Shown here one piece after another: positions 37,631-46,735 of a stretch of DNA of 64,000 nucleotides. Made by a program: the position numbers and the translations under genes. The first letter of the stretch is position 1; each line of letters starts with the position of its first letter. The stretch covers positions 6,836 through 70,835 of the forward strand of contig JAWOHN010000118.1 in assembly GCA_046485135.1 (NCBI GenBank). Direction: 5' to 3'. The stretch comes from Anaerolineales bacterium (GTDB lineage Bacteria; Chloroflexota; Anaerolineae; Anaerolineales; UBA4823). The notes under the pieces were generated by a model, which saw only the letters and a list, made by a program, of their open reading frames with translations, was not told the origin of the DNA and did not search any database.

Positions 37631-38896
37631 ATGAATTCGAGGAAAATAAACTACATTTCGCTACTAATGGTATTCACAATTCTTTGCCTTGCTCCCGTAT
37701 CCAATCTCATCAACTCTCCAGATCTAGCCCGCAGCGCCGCACAGCAAGTCAGCTGGCCCATAATTTCAATCCAAGCCTGGGCAGGGAATCTGGAAAGACC
37801 GGTCACGATCACTCACCCCGGAGATGGCTCCGGCAGGGTCTTTGTTGTTGAACAGCCTGGAAGGATTCGGATTATTGAAAACGGGCAGGTTAAGCCCGTG
37901 CCTTTCTTAGACATTCAGGGTCAAGTGAAGTGCTGTAGAGAAGAGGGGCTGCTTGGACTGGCTTTCCCCCCACAGTATGCAGAAAAAGGTCATTTCTACG
38001 TGTACTATACGCGTTTAGATGGGAACAATCAGGTATCCCGCTTTCACATTAGCACAGATAATGATATTGCCGATCCTGGCAGTGAAGAGGAAATCCTTTT
38101 CTTACATCACCCTACCTATTTGAATCATAATGGGGGGCAGTTGGCTTTTGGACCAGATGGCTATTTATATATTGGAACCGGAGACGGTGGAGGCGGCGGA
38201 GACCCAGATGAAAATGCACAAGACCTGGAGTCGCTCTTGGGAAAGATCTTGCGCATTGATGTTGAAAGCGCTGGTTCGACACCAATATCAGGAGAGTTTT
38301 CATTCTATTTTCCTTTGCTAATAGTTGGGAATGATATTCCAGCAAAAGCATATTCCATTCCGCCAGATAACCCTTTCCTAAATGATGCTCAGGCGCGACC
38401 TGAGATTTGGGCAGTGGGTCTACGCAATCCCTGGCGTTTCTCTTTCGATTCGGCCTCAGGCGATCTTTACATCGCTGATGTGGGCCAAAATCTTAGAGAA
38501 GAGGTAAATTTCCAGCCGGTCTCCAGCACAGGAGCAGAAAATTACGGTTGGAATATCCTAGAAGGATCGCTTTGCTACTCCCCGTCCACCAGTTGTGTAG
38601 CTCCAGCAAATTACACTCCCCCAGTAGCTGAGTACGGTCATGATCTTGGTTGTTCTGTTACCGGAGGAGAAGTTTACCGGGGCAATCAGTACCCAACTTT
38701 ACAAGGTTTTTATCTGTATGGAGATTTCTGCTCCGGTCGGATTTGGGGGCTGGCAAACGAGGGTAGCGGGTGGCAATCGCAGGAGCTTTTAGTTTCCACC
38801 TTACGGATCTCCACCTTTGGCTCAGACGAGGATGGTAATCTCTACGTGGCTGATCTCGCCACGGGCCAAATCTACCGCATCGTTGTCGGCCATTGA
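37631..38896 (+). CDS. PQQ-dependent sugar dehydrogenase (soluble aldose/sorbosone dehydrogenase-like beta-propeller)
   Basis: 421 aa. Signal/anchor, GLLGLAFPPQY, NHNGGQLAFGPDGYLYIGTGDGG, VGLRNPWRFSFD, LYIADVGQN. Confidence 0.8.
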   Translation: MNSRKINYISLLMVFTILCLAPVSNLINSPDLARSAAQQVSWPIISIQAWAGNLERPVTITHPGDGSGRVFVVEQPGRIRIIENGQVKPVPFLDIQGQVKCCREEGLLGLAFPPQYAEKGHFYVYYTRLDGNNQVSRFHISTDNDIADPGSEEEILFLHHPTYLNHNGGQLAFGPDGYLYIGTGDGGGGGDPDENAQDLESLLGKILRIDVESAGSTPISGEFSFYFPLLIVGNDIPAKAYSIPPDNPFLNDAQARPEIWAVGLRNPWRFSFDSASGDLYIADVGQNLREEVNFQPVSSTGAENYGWNILEGSLCYSPSTSCVAPANYTPPVAEYGHDLGCSVTGGEVYRGNQYPTLQGFYLYGDFCSGRIWGLANEGSGWQSQELLVSTLRISTFGSDEDGNLYVADLATGQIYRIVVGH

Positions 38897-38906
38897 CGCA
38901 GCCAAT

Positions 38907-40382
38907 TTATTTCAAGATGTAGTAAGTCGCGCGCTTATCACCAATTTTCAACAAGATACCGCGGCTGACCAATTCTGCCAGGTCCCGCCGCAGCGTTTCG
39001 GGGTGCACATCCGGGCATAGCTCACGGTAGGAGCTATTGCTGATGCGGCGATGTAGCGCCAGATGCGTCAGAGCCATCTCCTGACGCGGGTTTAAATTCA
39101 TATCTTTATACTTCGACAGATCAGGTATTGATACTGAATCGTGCCCAATATACGGCGCATGCAAAGTGACCCGGAAACAACCAGCGATTTCCTCAAAACG
39201 GGGTGGGCGCAGCTGGTTCTGGCGCAATACCGTGACAACTCGATCCAAGCCATACCCAAGACGCTCGATAAAGCCCATATCGGAGAGTACTTGGACGATG
39301 ATGGCGTTCCTGGAAAAGCGTGCCTCTAGCAGGTTATCCAAGGTCACCGGACCGGGCAATCGTCCGGGTGACTGCACTTCCAATCGGTCAGAAAAGATAT
39401 TTAAGTGAATATTATCACCTTGCAAGTTGTAATCCCGGTGGGCGATCGCATTCACCAGCAGTTCTCTGACCGCCTCCAGTGGATACTCCGGCGCCTCCTG
39501 GCGAGTTAACCCTGCCAATCTGACTACCTTACGCAGGTTGGCCTGGACAAAAGCATCTGCCTGACGTATTTGCTCTGGGAGCGTGCCACTGATATCCTGT
39601 TTGATAAAGCGATCCGAAAAAGCAATCCCAGGAAAATGTGCAGCCAAAATGGTCGAGTTGGGCAGCCATTGTTGTGGATAACGCCCAAATAGCAATACAG
39701 CCGCGTAGGTCGGGCGTAGTTCCCCGTTAACACGTTTCAGGCAACCCCGTTGCATTAAAATTTCCTGACTTGCTTCTCGTCCAGCCCCTTTAAAGAGGCC
39801 CGTGCTCCCCTTGAGCAAATCTAAATAAGCCTCTGTTTGTTGCGGATCCAAATCCGCCAATGTGGCCTGCGGGGGAACGGCCGTTTCAAGCTGGATCGCG
39901 CCACGCTCAACCAGAAGTTGCCGCAACCGGCGCGCGGAAAGTGGATTTGTCTGGCGACCATCACGACCCAAATAACTGCCATCCAGGCTGTAGACATGCG
40001 GAAGGCCAGCAGGGATTGTTACCCATAAGATCTGGGTAGAATTCAAACCACCTGTAGAAAATACTCTCGGTACCGGTAATACCAATGCTGGGTCAACCAG
40101 CAATGCTGCTTGAAAAGATAGCTCAATCGCCTTTTCGACATCCCTGACACCCTGCACCTGGCCAGAGCGCGGTGTTATGCCAATCAGGATTGAACCCCCG
40201 CCTGTGTTTGCCATGCCCGTCATTGTAGCAGCCAGGCTTGTCACCGGCGCATCTTCAGGAAACCAGTGCAGGTCTGGACCCATTCCACGGGCTAGTATAG
40301 AGAAAATGTCAGGTAACGAAGACATGGTTGTGCTGCTACGTATAGGTGAATAGAAGGCCGAGCTGTACATCAACCCGGCCAT
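38907..40382 (-). CDS. AlbA_2/Schlafen-type domain plus ATPase-like domain plus C-terminal winged-helix protein (putative regulator)
   Basis: 491 aa. ANTGGGSILIGI block, LVNAIAHRDY block, C-terminal LAELVSRGILLKIGDKRATYYILK. Starts 17 nt after the lon stop. Confidence 0.55.
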   Translation of the reverse strand: MAGLMYSSAFYSPIRSSTTMSSLPDIFSILARGMGPDLHWFPEDAPVTSLAATMTGMANTGGGSILIGITPRSGQVQGVRDVEKAIELSFQAALLVDPALVLPVPRVFSTGGLNSTQILWVTIPAGLPHVYSLDGSYLGRDGRQTNPLSARRLRQLLVERGAIQLETAVPPQATLADLDPQQTEAYLDLLKGSTGLFKGAGREASQEILMQRGCLKRVNGELRPTYAAVLLFGRYPQQWLPNSTILAAHFPGIAFSDRFIKQDISGTLPEQIRQADAFVQANLRKVVRLAGLTRQEAPEYPLEAVRELLVNAIAHRDYNLQGDNIHLNIFSDRLEVQSPGRLPGPVTLDNLLEARFSRNAIIVQVLSDMGFIERLGYGLDRVVTVLRQNQLRPPRFEEIAGCFRVTLHAPYIGHDSVSIPDLSKYKDMNLNPRQEMALTHLALHRRISNSSYRELCPDVHPETLRRDLAELVSRGILLKIGDKRATYYILK

Positions 40383-40399
40383 TCTTGCGTTTTGCTTGG

Positions 40400-42994
40400 T
40401 TATGATCCCATGTTGAGAGAAGTGGATGTCCCAAGTGGTTTTACTGCCGGAGGATTTTGAGCATCTCCTGGAACCGTACTTTCTCTTGATGGCAAAGTAT
40501 CGATCTTTTTTGAAGTATTTTGATCGCGCTCTCTGTGTCGAATGGGGGGTTTCCTGACACGCTCCGGCTTAGGAGATGCAGGAAAGAGCGCCTTATCAAG
40601 AACCTGGTCCATATGCTCAACCGCGATGATTTTCAGATCATTCCGAGCTCGTTTGGGAATATCCACCAGATCTTTTGTGCTGCTTTTTGGCAGGATGACA
40701 GTGGTAAGTCCTGCTCGATGGGCTGCCAACACTTTTTCACGCACGCCACCGACAGCTAAAACTCTGCCTCTCAGAGTGATCTCTCCTGTCATCCCTACCT
40801 CACGGTGAACTTTGCGGCCAGTAAAAGCGGAAATCAGAGCTGTACAAATGGTGATGCCGGCGCTGGGACCATCCTTGGGAATGGCGCCCTCTGGAATATG
40901 AATATGCACATCAACGTTCTCAAATATCTCTGTATCGACCTCAAGCTGCCGGCAGCGGGATTTCAGGTAAGAAAGGGCAGCTTGGGCAGATTCCTGCATA
41001 ACATTGCCAATCTGTCCAGTGATTTGCAAGTTACCCTTACCTTCCAAAAGCAGGACCTCGACCGGCATGATCTCGCCACCGTTCTCAGTCCAGGCCATGG
41101 CAGTTGCCACCCCAATTTCATCCTGCCGTTCTGCTTCCAGGTTATGGAACTCCGGAGGTCCAAGAAAACGCTCAATATGGCTTGGGTTTACATAGGAGGG
41201 ATAACGCTTATGTTCTGCTTTCATACGGGCGATCTTCCGGCAAACGCGCCCAATCTCACGCTCAAGATTACGAACTCCTGCTTCATATGTATATTCACGG
41301 ATAATGCGCCGGATAGCCTGTTCAGTGAAACGAACCTCCTGCTCTTGCAGGCCATTCTCCTCTAACTGGCGGGGTACTAAAAATCGCCGGCTGATTTCCA
41401 TTTTTTCTTCTTCAATATAACCGGGGAACTCAATCACTTCCATCCGATCCAGCAGTGCTGGAGGGATGGGGCCATTGTAGTTCGCCGTGGTAATAAACAT
41501 GACCTTGGATAGATCATAAGCCAGCTCCAGGTAATGATCAGAAAAAGTGTGATTCTGCTCAGGATCAAGCACTTCCAACAAAGCCGCCGACGGATCTCCA
41601 CGAAAATCTTGCCCGAGCTTATCAATTTCGTCCAACATGAAGAGCGGGTTTACTGTTCCAGCCCGGCGCATGGTTTGCAAGATGCGACCAGGCAAAGCGC
41701 CAATATAAGTCCGGCGATGTCCACGGATTTCAGCTTCATCCCGAACTCCTCCGAGGGACAGCCGGACGAACTTGCGCCCCAGGGCTTCCGCAATCGAACG
41801 GCCCAGGGAGGTCTTGCCAGTTCCGGGTGGACCAACAAAACAAAGAATAGGTTGCCGGGAGCGCTTTGGTTTCAAACTTCGCACAGCGATAAATTCCAGT
41901 ATCCGTTCCTTGGCCCGGGGTAGGCCAAAATGGTACCGGTCCAGAACTTCCGCAGCATGACGCACATCCAGATTGTCTTCAGAAGAGTCCGTCCAGGGCA
42001 AATCTAAAATCCAATCAACATAGGTGCGGATGATGCCAACTTCCGGAGACATGGGCGGCATTTGGCCCATACGCTCAATTTCCTTCAGAGCCCGCAGCTT
42101 GACCTCTTCCGGCAGGCTTACACCCTCAACCCGGCTGCGCAACTCATAGATTTCCCGTGTCCATACATCACCCTCGCCAAGCTCAGACTGGATGACCTTC
42201 ATCTGCTCCCGCAGATAATATTCGCGTTGAGTACGATCAACTTCACTCTGCGCACGCGAGTGAATCTCGTCCTCAAGCTCCAGGACATCCACCTCCTGGG
42301 CCAGGATCGCTATGACCTGTTTCAACCGTTCAAACGGATCCGGGTTTTGCAGCAGATCCAGGCGCACTTCCAGAGGCGGAGCGATACTGGTGGCAATCAT
42401 ATCGGCTAACCAACCCGGCTCTTCAATATTCAAAGCAAACAGATAGGCCTCTTCGGGAAGACTGCGATCAAGCTGCACACAACGTTGGAAAAGTTCCAAA
42501 GCCGTGCGCATGGTCGCATCCATCTGGCGATCCACATCAACATCCTCATAAACCGGCCGCGCCCGTGCCCGCGGGAAGGGATGCGAGTCGATATATTCAA
42601 CCACCTCAACCCGCCGGCGACCTTGTACCAGCGCTGAGCTGGAACCATCCGGCATGCTCAAAAGCCGGCCTACGGCCATTTCCACCCCGATAGGGAAGAA
42701 ACCATCTGGACCGGGAACCTCTTGCTCGGAATCTCTTTGGGTGAGGGCAATGACAGTCTGATCTCTCAATTGCGCTTCCTCAATCGCCAATAGAGAAGCT
42801 TCCCGACCGACAAAAAGAGGTGAAACCATATGTGGGTAGACTACCAAATCGCGCAATGCCAGAACCGGGCAATCAATCAGGCCATCCTCATCCGGTAGTG
42901 TATCGGGGATGTTGTATAACTCTTCTGTACGCCGGTGGAGAGCTTCACCGAAATCGTCATCTTCGTCACGCAGGTACCAATCTTTTTCTTTCAT
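40400..42994 (-). CDS. lon: ATP-dependent Lon protease (LonA)
   Basis: 864 aa. LON N-domain, GPPGTGKTS Walker A, PKDGPSAGI protease Ser motif. Confidence 0.95.
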   Translation of the reverse strand: MKEKDWYLRDEDDDFGEALHRRTEELYNIPDTLPDEDGLIDCPVLALRDLVVYPHMVSPLFVGREASLLAIEEAQLRDQTVIALTQRDSEQEVPGPDGFFPIGVEMAVGRLLSMPDGSSSALVQGRRRVEVVEYIDSHPFPRARARPVYEDVDVDRQMDATMRTALELFQRCVQLDRSLPEEAYLFALNIEEPGWLADMIATSIAPPLEVRLDLLQNPDPFERLKQVIAILAQEVDVLELEDEIHSRAQSEVDRTQREYYLREQMKVIQSELGEGDVWTREIYELRSRVEGVSLPEEVKLRALKEIERMGQMPPMSPEVGIIRTYVDWILDLPWTDSSEDNLDVRHAAEVLDRYHFGLPRAKERILEFIAVRSLKPKRSRQPILCFVGPPGTGKTSLGRSIAEALGRKFVRLSLGGVRDEAEIRGHRRTYIGALPGRILQTMRRAGTVNPLFMLDEIDKLGQDFRGDPSAALLEVLDPEQNHTFSDHYLELAYDLSKVMFITTANYNGPIPPALLDRMEVIEFPGYIEEEKMEISRRFLVPRQLEENGLQEQEVRFTEQAIRRIIREYTYEAGVRNLEREIGRVCRKIARMKAEHKRYPSYVNPSHIERFLGPPEFHNLEAERQDEIGVATAMAWTENGGEIMPVEVLLLEGKGNLQITGQIGNVMQESAQAALSYLKSRCRQLEVDTEIFENVDVHIHIPEGAIPKDGPSAGITICTALISAFTGRKVHREVGMTGEITLRGRVLAVGGVREKVLAAHRAGLTTVILPKSSTKDLVDIPKRARNDLKIIAVEHMDQVLDKALFPASPKPERVRKPPIRHRERDQNTSKKIDTLPSRESTVPGDAQNPPAVKPLGTSTSLNMGS

Positions 42995-43042
42995 AATTTC
43001 TCCGGCTGGACGTACTTACCTCGCCAGCCTATTTTTCTTGGT

Positions 43043-44434
43043 TTAAGCAGACATTCCTTCAGGCCGCTCTCGCAATTCTTGCCAGGCATGGTGAGCGCCG
43101 GCAACAATGAAAAGGCTACCTGTAACAAGAATTAAATATCCATTTTGCCCAATTTGCAAAGCTTCCTTAAGGGCATCTTCGATGCGGGGAATGGCCCGCG
43201 CCGGACGGCCAAATTGGTGGGCTAATTCCACCAATTGAGCAGGGTCTATCGCGCGAGGGTGAATCGATTGGGTGGCAATAACGCTTTCGACACGCGGCAG
43301 TAACTCAGTATACATCCCTTTGATATCCTTGTCTTCTGAAGCCCCAAAAACTAAAATGACTGGATAACCGGGGAAGTATTCATCGATGGATAAACGAAGT
43401 TTTAATGCCGAGTCACGGTTATGAGCCGAATCCAGCACTATGGGAGGGTTGCGACGTAATATCTCAAAACGACCAGGCCAGACGACGCGGGCAAAGCCTC
43501 GCTGAATATCACCTTCACTAATCTCGATACCAACCGACCGGGCAGTTTGCAGAGCTGCGTAAGCCGTCGCGGCATTCACTACCTGATGGTGTCCAAGCAA
43601 TGGGATGCTAAGGATGGTAGGCTGCTGCCCTTGCAATCCATTAGATTGAATAAAATCACTCACAGATGACTGCATCGACTGCGACCATACAAAAAAGGTC
43701 TGCCTGTCCAGCGAATGGGATTGTGGGGCAAATAGATAATCCTGACCGACCTGAATCAAAGCAGCGCCCTTCTCAGCGGTGATCCTGGAAATAACCTGAC
43801 GAGCCTCTTCTTCCTGTGGAGCTAACACCACCGGAATCCCTTGCTTGATGATCCCCGCTTTCTCACCAGCGATCTCTGCCAGGGTCTCACCCAAGACATA
43901 TGTATGGTCATAAGAAATCGAGGTAATTACACATACTTTTGGAGTAACGATATTGGTCGCATCCAGCCGGCCGCCCAACCCGACTTCCAGGACCGCGGCA
44001 GTAGCCCCACGCCTGGCAAAGTACAACAACGCCAACGCAGTGGTAATCTCAAAGGTAGTCAGCTCCGGGATAGAGGCAATATGCGGCTTCATCTCATCAA
44101 CCAGGGTAACCACATCCTCATGGGATATCGGCTTTCCATCGACTTGAATGCGTTCCGCAAAATCTTGCAGGTGTGGAGACGTATATAATCCAACCCGGTA
44201 GCCGGCAGCAAGCAAAGCACTCGAGCACATGGCCCCAACTGAGCCCTTCCCTTTCGTACCGGCAACATGGATAATGGGGTATTGCTGGTGGGGATTATCC
44301 AACGATATAGCCAGCTTTTCCATCCTGGCCAGATTGAAATTTTCTGGAGAATAACGGAAGGTGCGTTTCAGGCTGTAGTCAATAAAACTATAAATATAAT
44401 CTAGCGTCTCTTGATATGCGATCTCAACATTCAT
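43043..44434 (-). CDS. folC: Bifunctional folylpolyglutamate synthase / dihydrofolate synthase
   Basis: 463 aa. HVAGTKGKGS P-loop, Mur-ligase layout. Confidence 0.85.
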   Translation of the reverse strand: MNVEIAYQETLDYIYSFIDYSLKRTFRYSPENFNLARMEKLAISLDNPHQQYPIIHVAGTKGKGSVGAMCSSALLAAGYRVGLYTSPHLQDFAERIQVDGKPISHEDVVTLVDEMKPHIASIPELTTFEITTALALLYFARRGATAAVLEVGLGGRLDATNIVTPKVCVITSISYDHTYVLGETLAEIAGEKAGIIKQGIPVVLAPQEEEARQVISRITAEKGAALIQVGQDYLFAPQSHSLDRQTFFVWSQSMQSSVSDFIQSNGLQGQQPTILSIPLLGHHQVVNAATAYAALQTARSVGIEISEGDIQRGFARVVWPGRFEILRRNPPIVLDSAHNRDSALKLRLSIDEYFPGYPVILVFGASEDKDIKGMYTELLPRVESVIATQSIHPRAIDPAQLVELAHQFGRPARAIPRIEDALKEALQIGQNGYLILVTGSLFIVAGAHHAWQELRERPEGMSA

Positions 44435-44488
44435 GGTTGAGGCATTGTACCCGCGGAATTATCACCGCGCAAGTGGTAAAATTTAGCG

Positions 44489-45175
44489 ATGTTCGGCCAA
44501 TCAGGACATATGTTCTTGCGATTTCTAATATTCCTGCTCTTCTTATTGGCGCTGGTTGTCTTTGGTCCTCGACTCTTCACTGCGATATACGCACGCGCCC
44601 GCATCTATGAGCCTCAGACAGCTACCTACCATAGGGTGGCGATCGTGTTTGGAGCTGGTCTGCAAAGAGATGGAACCCCAGCGGCTGTATTAAGAGACCG
44701 AGTAACAATAGCCTCCGAGCTTTACTTCGCCGGCAAGGTAGATAAACTGTTGATGAGTGGGGACAATCGCACCATTTACTATAATGAGCCTCAGGCAATG
44801 CATGATTATGCAGTCCGGCTGGGGGTTCCCTCTGAAGACATCGTATTAGATTACGCTGGGCAACGTACCTATGACACATGCTACCGCGCCCGGGACATCT
44901 TCGGATTAGATGATGCGATTCTAGTCACCCAGGCGTTTCATCTTCCCCGAGCCATCTACACCTGCAATACGCTGGGCATTCAGGCAATTGGCGTCCCAGC
45001 GGATAGGCGTAATTACAGTCGTGGTCCTTATATATTCTGGAATATGCGCGAATTACTGGCAACGATCAATGCGGTTTGGGAGCTTCATTATGCTCGCCCG
45101 CTACCAATTTTAGGGCGATTTGAGCCCATCTTCCCGCCCGAAGAGGAGACGCGATGGACCGTACCCAGGCTTTAA
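44489..45175 (+). CDS. DUF218 / SanA-YdcF-like membrane-anchored protein
   Basis: 228 aa. N-terminal TM, then VFGAGL...LLMSGDN...ILVTQAFHLPRA. Confidence 0.65.
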   Translation: MFGQSGHMFLRFLIFLLFLLALVVFGPRLFTAIYARARIYEPQTATYHRVAIVFGAGLQRDGTPAAVLRDRVTIASELYFAGKVDKLLMSGDNRTIYYNEPQAMHDYAVRLGVPSEDIVLDYAGQRTYDTCYRARDIFGLDDAILVTQAFHLPRAIYTCNTLGIQAIGVPADRRNYSRGPYIFWNMRELLATINAVWELHYARPLPILGRFEPIFPPEEETRWTVPRL

Positions 45176-45735
45176 ATATTGTCAAAGAATACGTGAAAAA
45201 CGAAAACCTGGTGCGGCATATGCTGGCAGTGGAAGCAGCCATGCGATTTTATGCCGAAAAATTTAGCGCAGATGTTGAGACATGGGGAATCGTGGGGTTG
45301 TTGCATGATTTCGACTGGGAAATCCACCCGACCTTGGAACAGCACCCACAAGATGGAGCTCCCCTGCTCAGGGAAAGAGGGGTTACGGAAGAAATTGTGC
45401 GGGCGATTCTCAGCCACGCGGATCATACTGGTGTACCGCGCCAGTCGCAAATGGAGAAGGCTCTGTTTGCGTGTGACGAGATAACCGGGCTGGTGACAGC
45501 AGTTGCCCTGGTACGCCCCTCGCGATCTCTGGATGATCTGAAGGCTTCATCGGTTAAGAAAAAATGGAAAGACCGGGCCTTTGCCGCCGGTGCAAATCGA
45601 GATGAAATTACCAAAGCGGCAGATGAATTTGGCATAGAGCTGTGGGAGCATGTCGATAATGTCATCCAAGCCATGCGGCGGATTGCCCCTGAATTGGGCC
45701 TGGCATCCACACAGAATTTGGAAACCAATGTTTGA
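45154..45735 (+). CDS. HD-domain (HDIG-like) phosphohydrolase
   Basis: 193 aa. RHMLAVE... and VGLLHDFDWE. Confidence 0.7.
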   Translation: MDRTQALNIVKEYVKNENLVRHMLAVEAAMRFYAEKFSADVETWGIVGLLHDFDWEIHPTLEQHPQDGAPLLRERGVTEEIVRAILSHADHTGVPRQSQMEKALFACDEITGLVTAVALVRPSRSLDDLKASSVKKKWKDRAFAAGANRDEITKAADEFGIELWEHVDNVIQAMRRIAPELGLASTQNLETNV

Positions 45736-45802
45736 CAAGACTTCCATTTTGCGCTAAACTAACTAGTAAATAAACTATGCGCATGGCTCCGGTGAGGTAA
45801 TC

Positions 45803-46726
45803 ATGACATCTCAAACAACAACACCTTCTTCCACTGCCCACATTCATCCACAAACAACATTCATCCCAGCCATCAATGCCTGGCGATTCTACCTGGAAGA
45901 CCAAGGCAGTTCTCCTCATACGGTTAAAGCCTTCACAGCCGATTTATTACTCCTGGCTTCTTATCTCCCACCTGACCGGACCATTGGAAGCATCAATACC
46001 AGTGACTTAAACAACTTCCTACAGTGGATGCAATCCGGACGGGGTGTACCATGTAGCCCTAAAACCCTCTCGCGCCGAATCACCTCCCTGAAGGCATTTT
46101 TCCGCTGGTTGCAACAGTACGGCGTCCTGCTCATCGATCCGGCTGAGAGGGTCATCCAAAGATCTGTCATCAGCCCCCTGCCGACGGTACTGACCGTAGA
46201 GGAGGTGCAGGCAGCCTTGGAAGCCGCTGGCAGACAACGCCAGGCTGCCAAGCCAGATACGCGGCCTTACCTGCTCTTATTGCTGCTACTCGAGACGGGG
46301 ATCAAGAAGAATGAATGCCTGGCGTTAAGCCCAAACCATATTGATCTGGAAACCCCAGAAGAGCCCATCCTGTTTGTGCGCTATTCTTCGCCTAAGTATC
46401 GCTATAAAGAACGCAAGCTCTCACTATCCGAAGAATGGGTCACAGCTTATCATGAATATAAAAGCCAATACTCGCTCACCGATCGTCTCTTCCCTTGGTC
46501 GCCCCGCCGCTTGGAATACCTTCTAGAAGATATCGGTGAAGATGCGGGTTTGGAAAAACATATCTCTTTTGATATGTGCCGGTGGACTTGCGCCTTGTCA
46601 GACTGGGAAGCAGGCATGGATCCAGTCAAAATCCGCCAAAAACTTGGCATCTCCAAAATCCAGTGGCGAGAGATTCGTATGAAGCTGGAAAGCCTGTCTA
46701 ATGCAGATAAGGATGGAGAGATCTAG
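45803..46726 (+). CDS. XerC/XerD-like tyrosine-recombinase-fold protein with a degenerate active site
   Basis: 307 aa. SAM-like N-domain (SPHTVKAFTADL...KTLSRRITSLKAFFRWL). In the catalytic domain, TGIKKNE replaces TGxRxxE, FDMCRWT replaces HxxRH, and LGISKIQWREI replaces LGH...Y. Confidence 0.65.
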   Translation: MTSQTTTPSSTAHIHPQTTFIPAINAWRFYLEDQGSSPHTVKAFTADLLLLASYLPPDRTIGSINTSDLNNFLQWMQSGRGVPCSPKTLSRRITSLKAFFRWLQQYGVLLIDPAERVIQRSVISPLPTVLTVEEVQAALEAAGRQRQAAKPDTRPYLLLLLLLETGIKKNECLALSPNHIDLETPEEPILFVRYSSPKYRYKERKLSLSEEWVTAYHEYKSQYSLTDRLFPWSPRRLEYLLEDIGEDAGLEKHISFDMCRWTCALSDWEAGMDPVKIRQKLGISKIQWREIRMKLESLSNADKDGEI

Positions 46727-46735
46727 AAATACCAA

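Noticed and set aside
40805-41365. 186-aa plus-strand ORF.
   Set aside because: It is a shadow ORF antisense to lon.
45803-46726. The Xer-like gene as a marker of an integrated mobile element.
   Set aside because: There are no flanking phage, conjugation or transposition genes, no adjacent tRNA and no visible direct repeats. The neighbours are housekeeping genes (HD hydrolase, tilS). The protein also lacks the catalytic Tyr.
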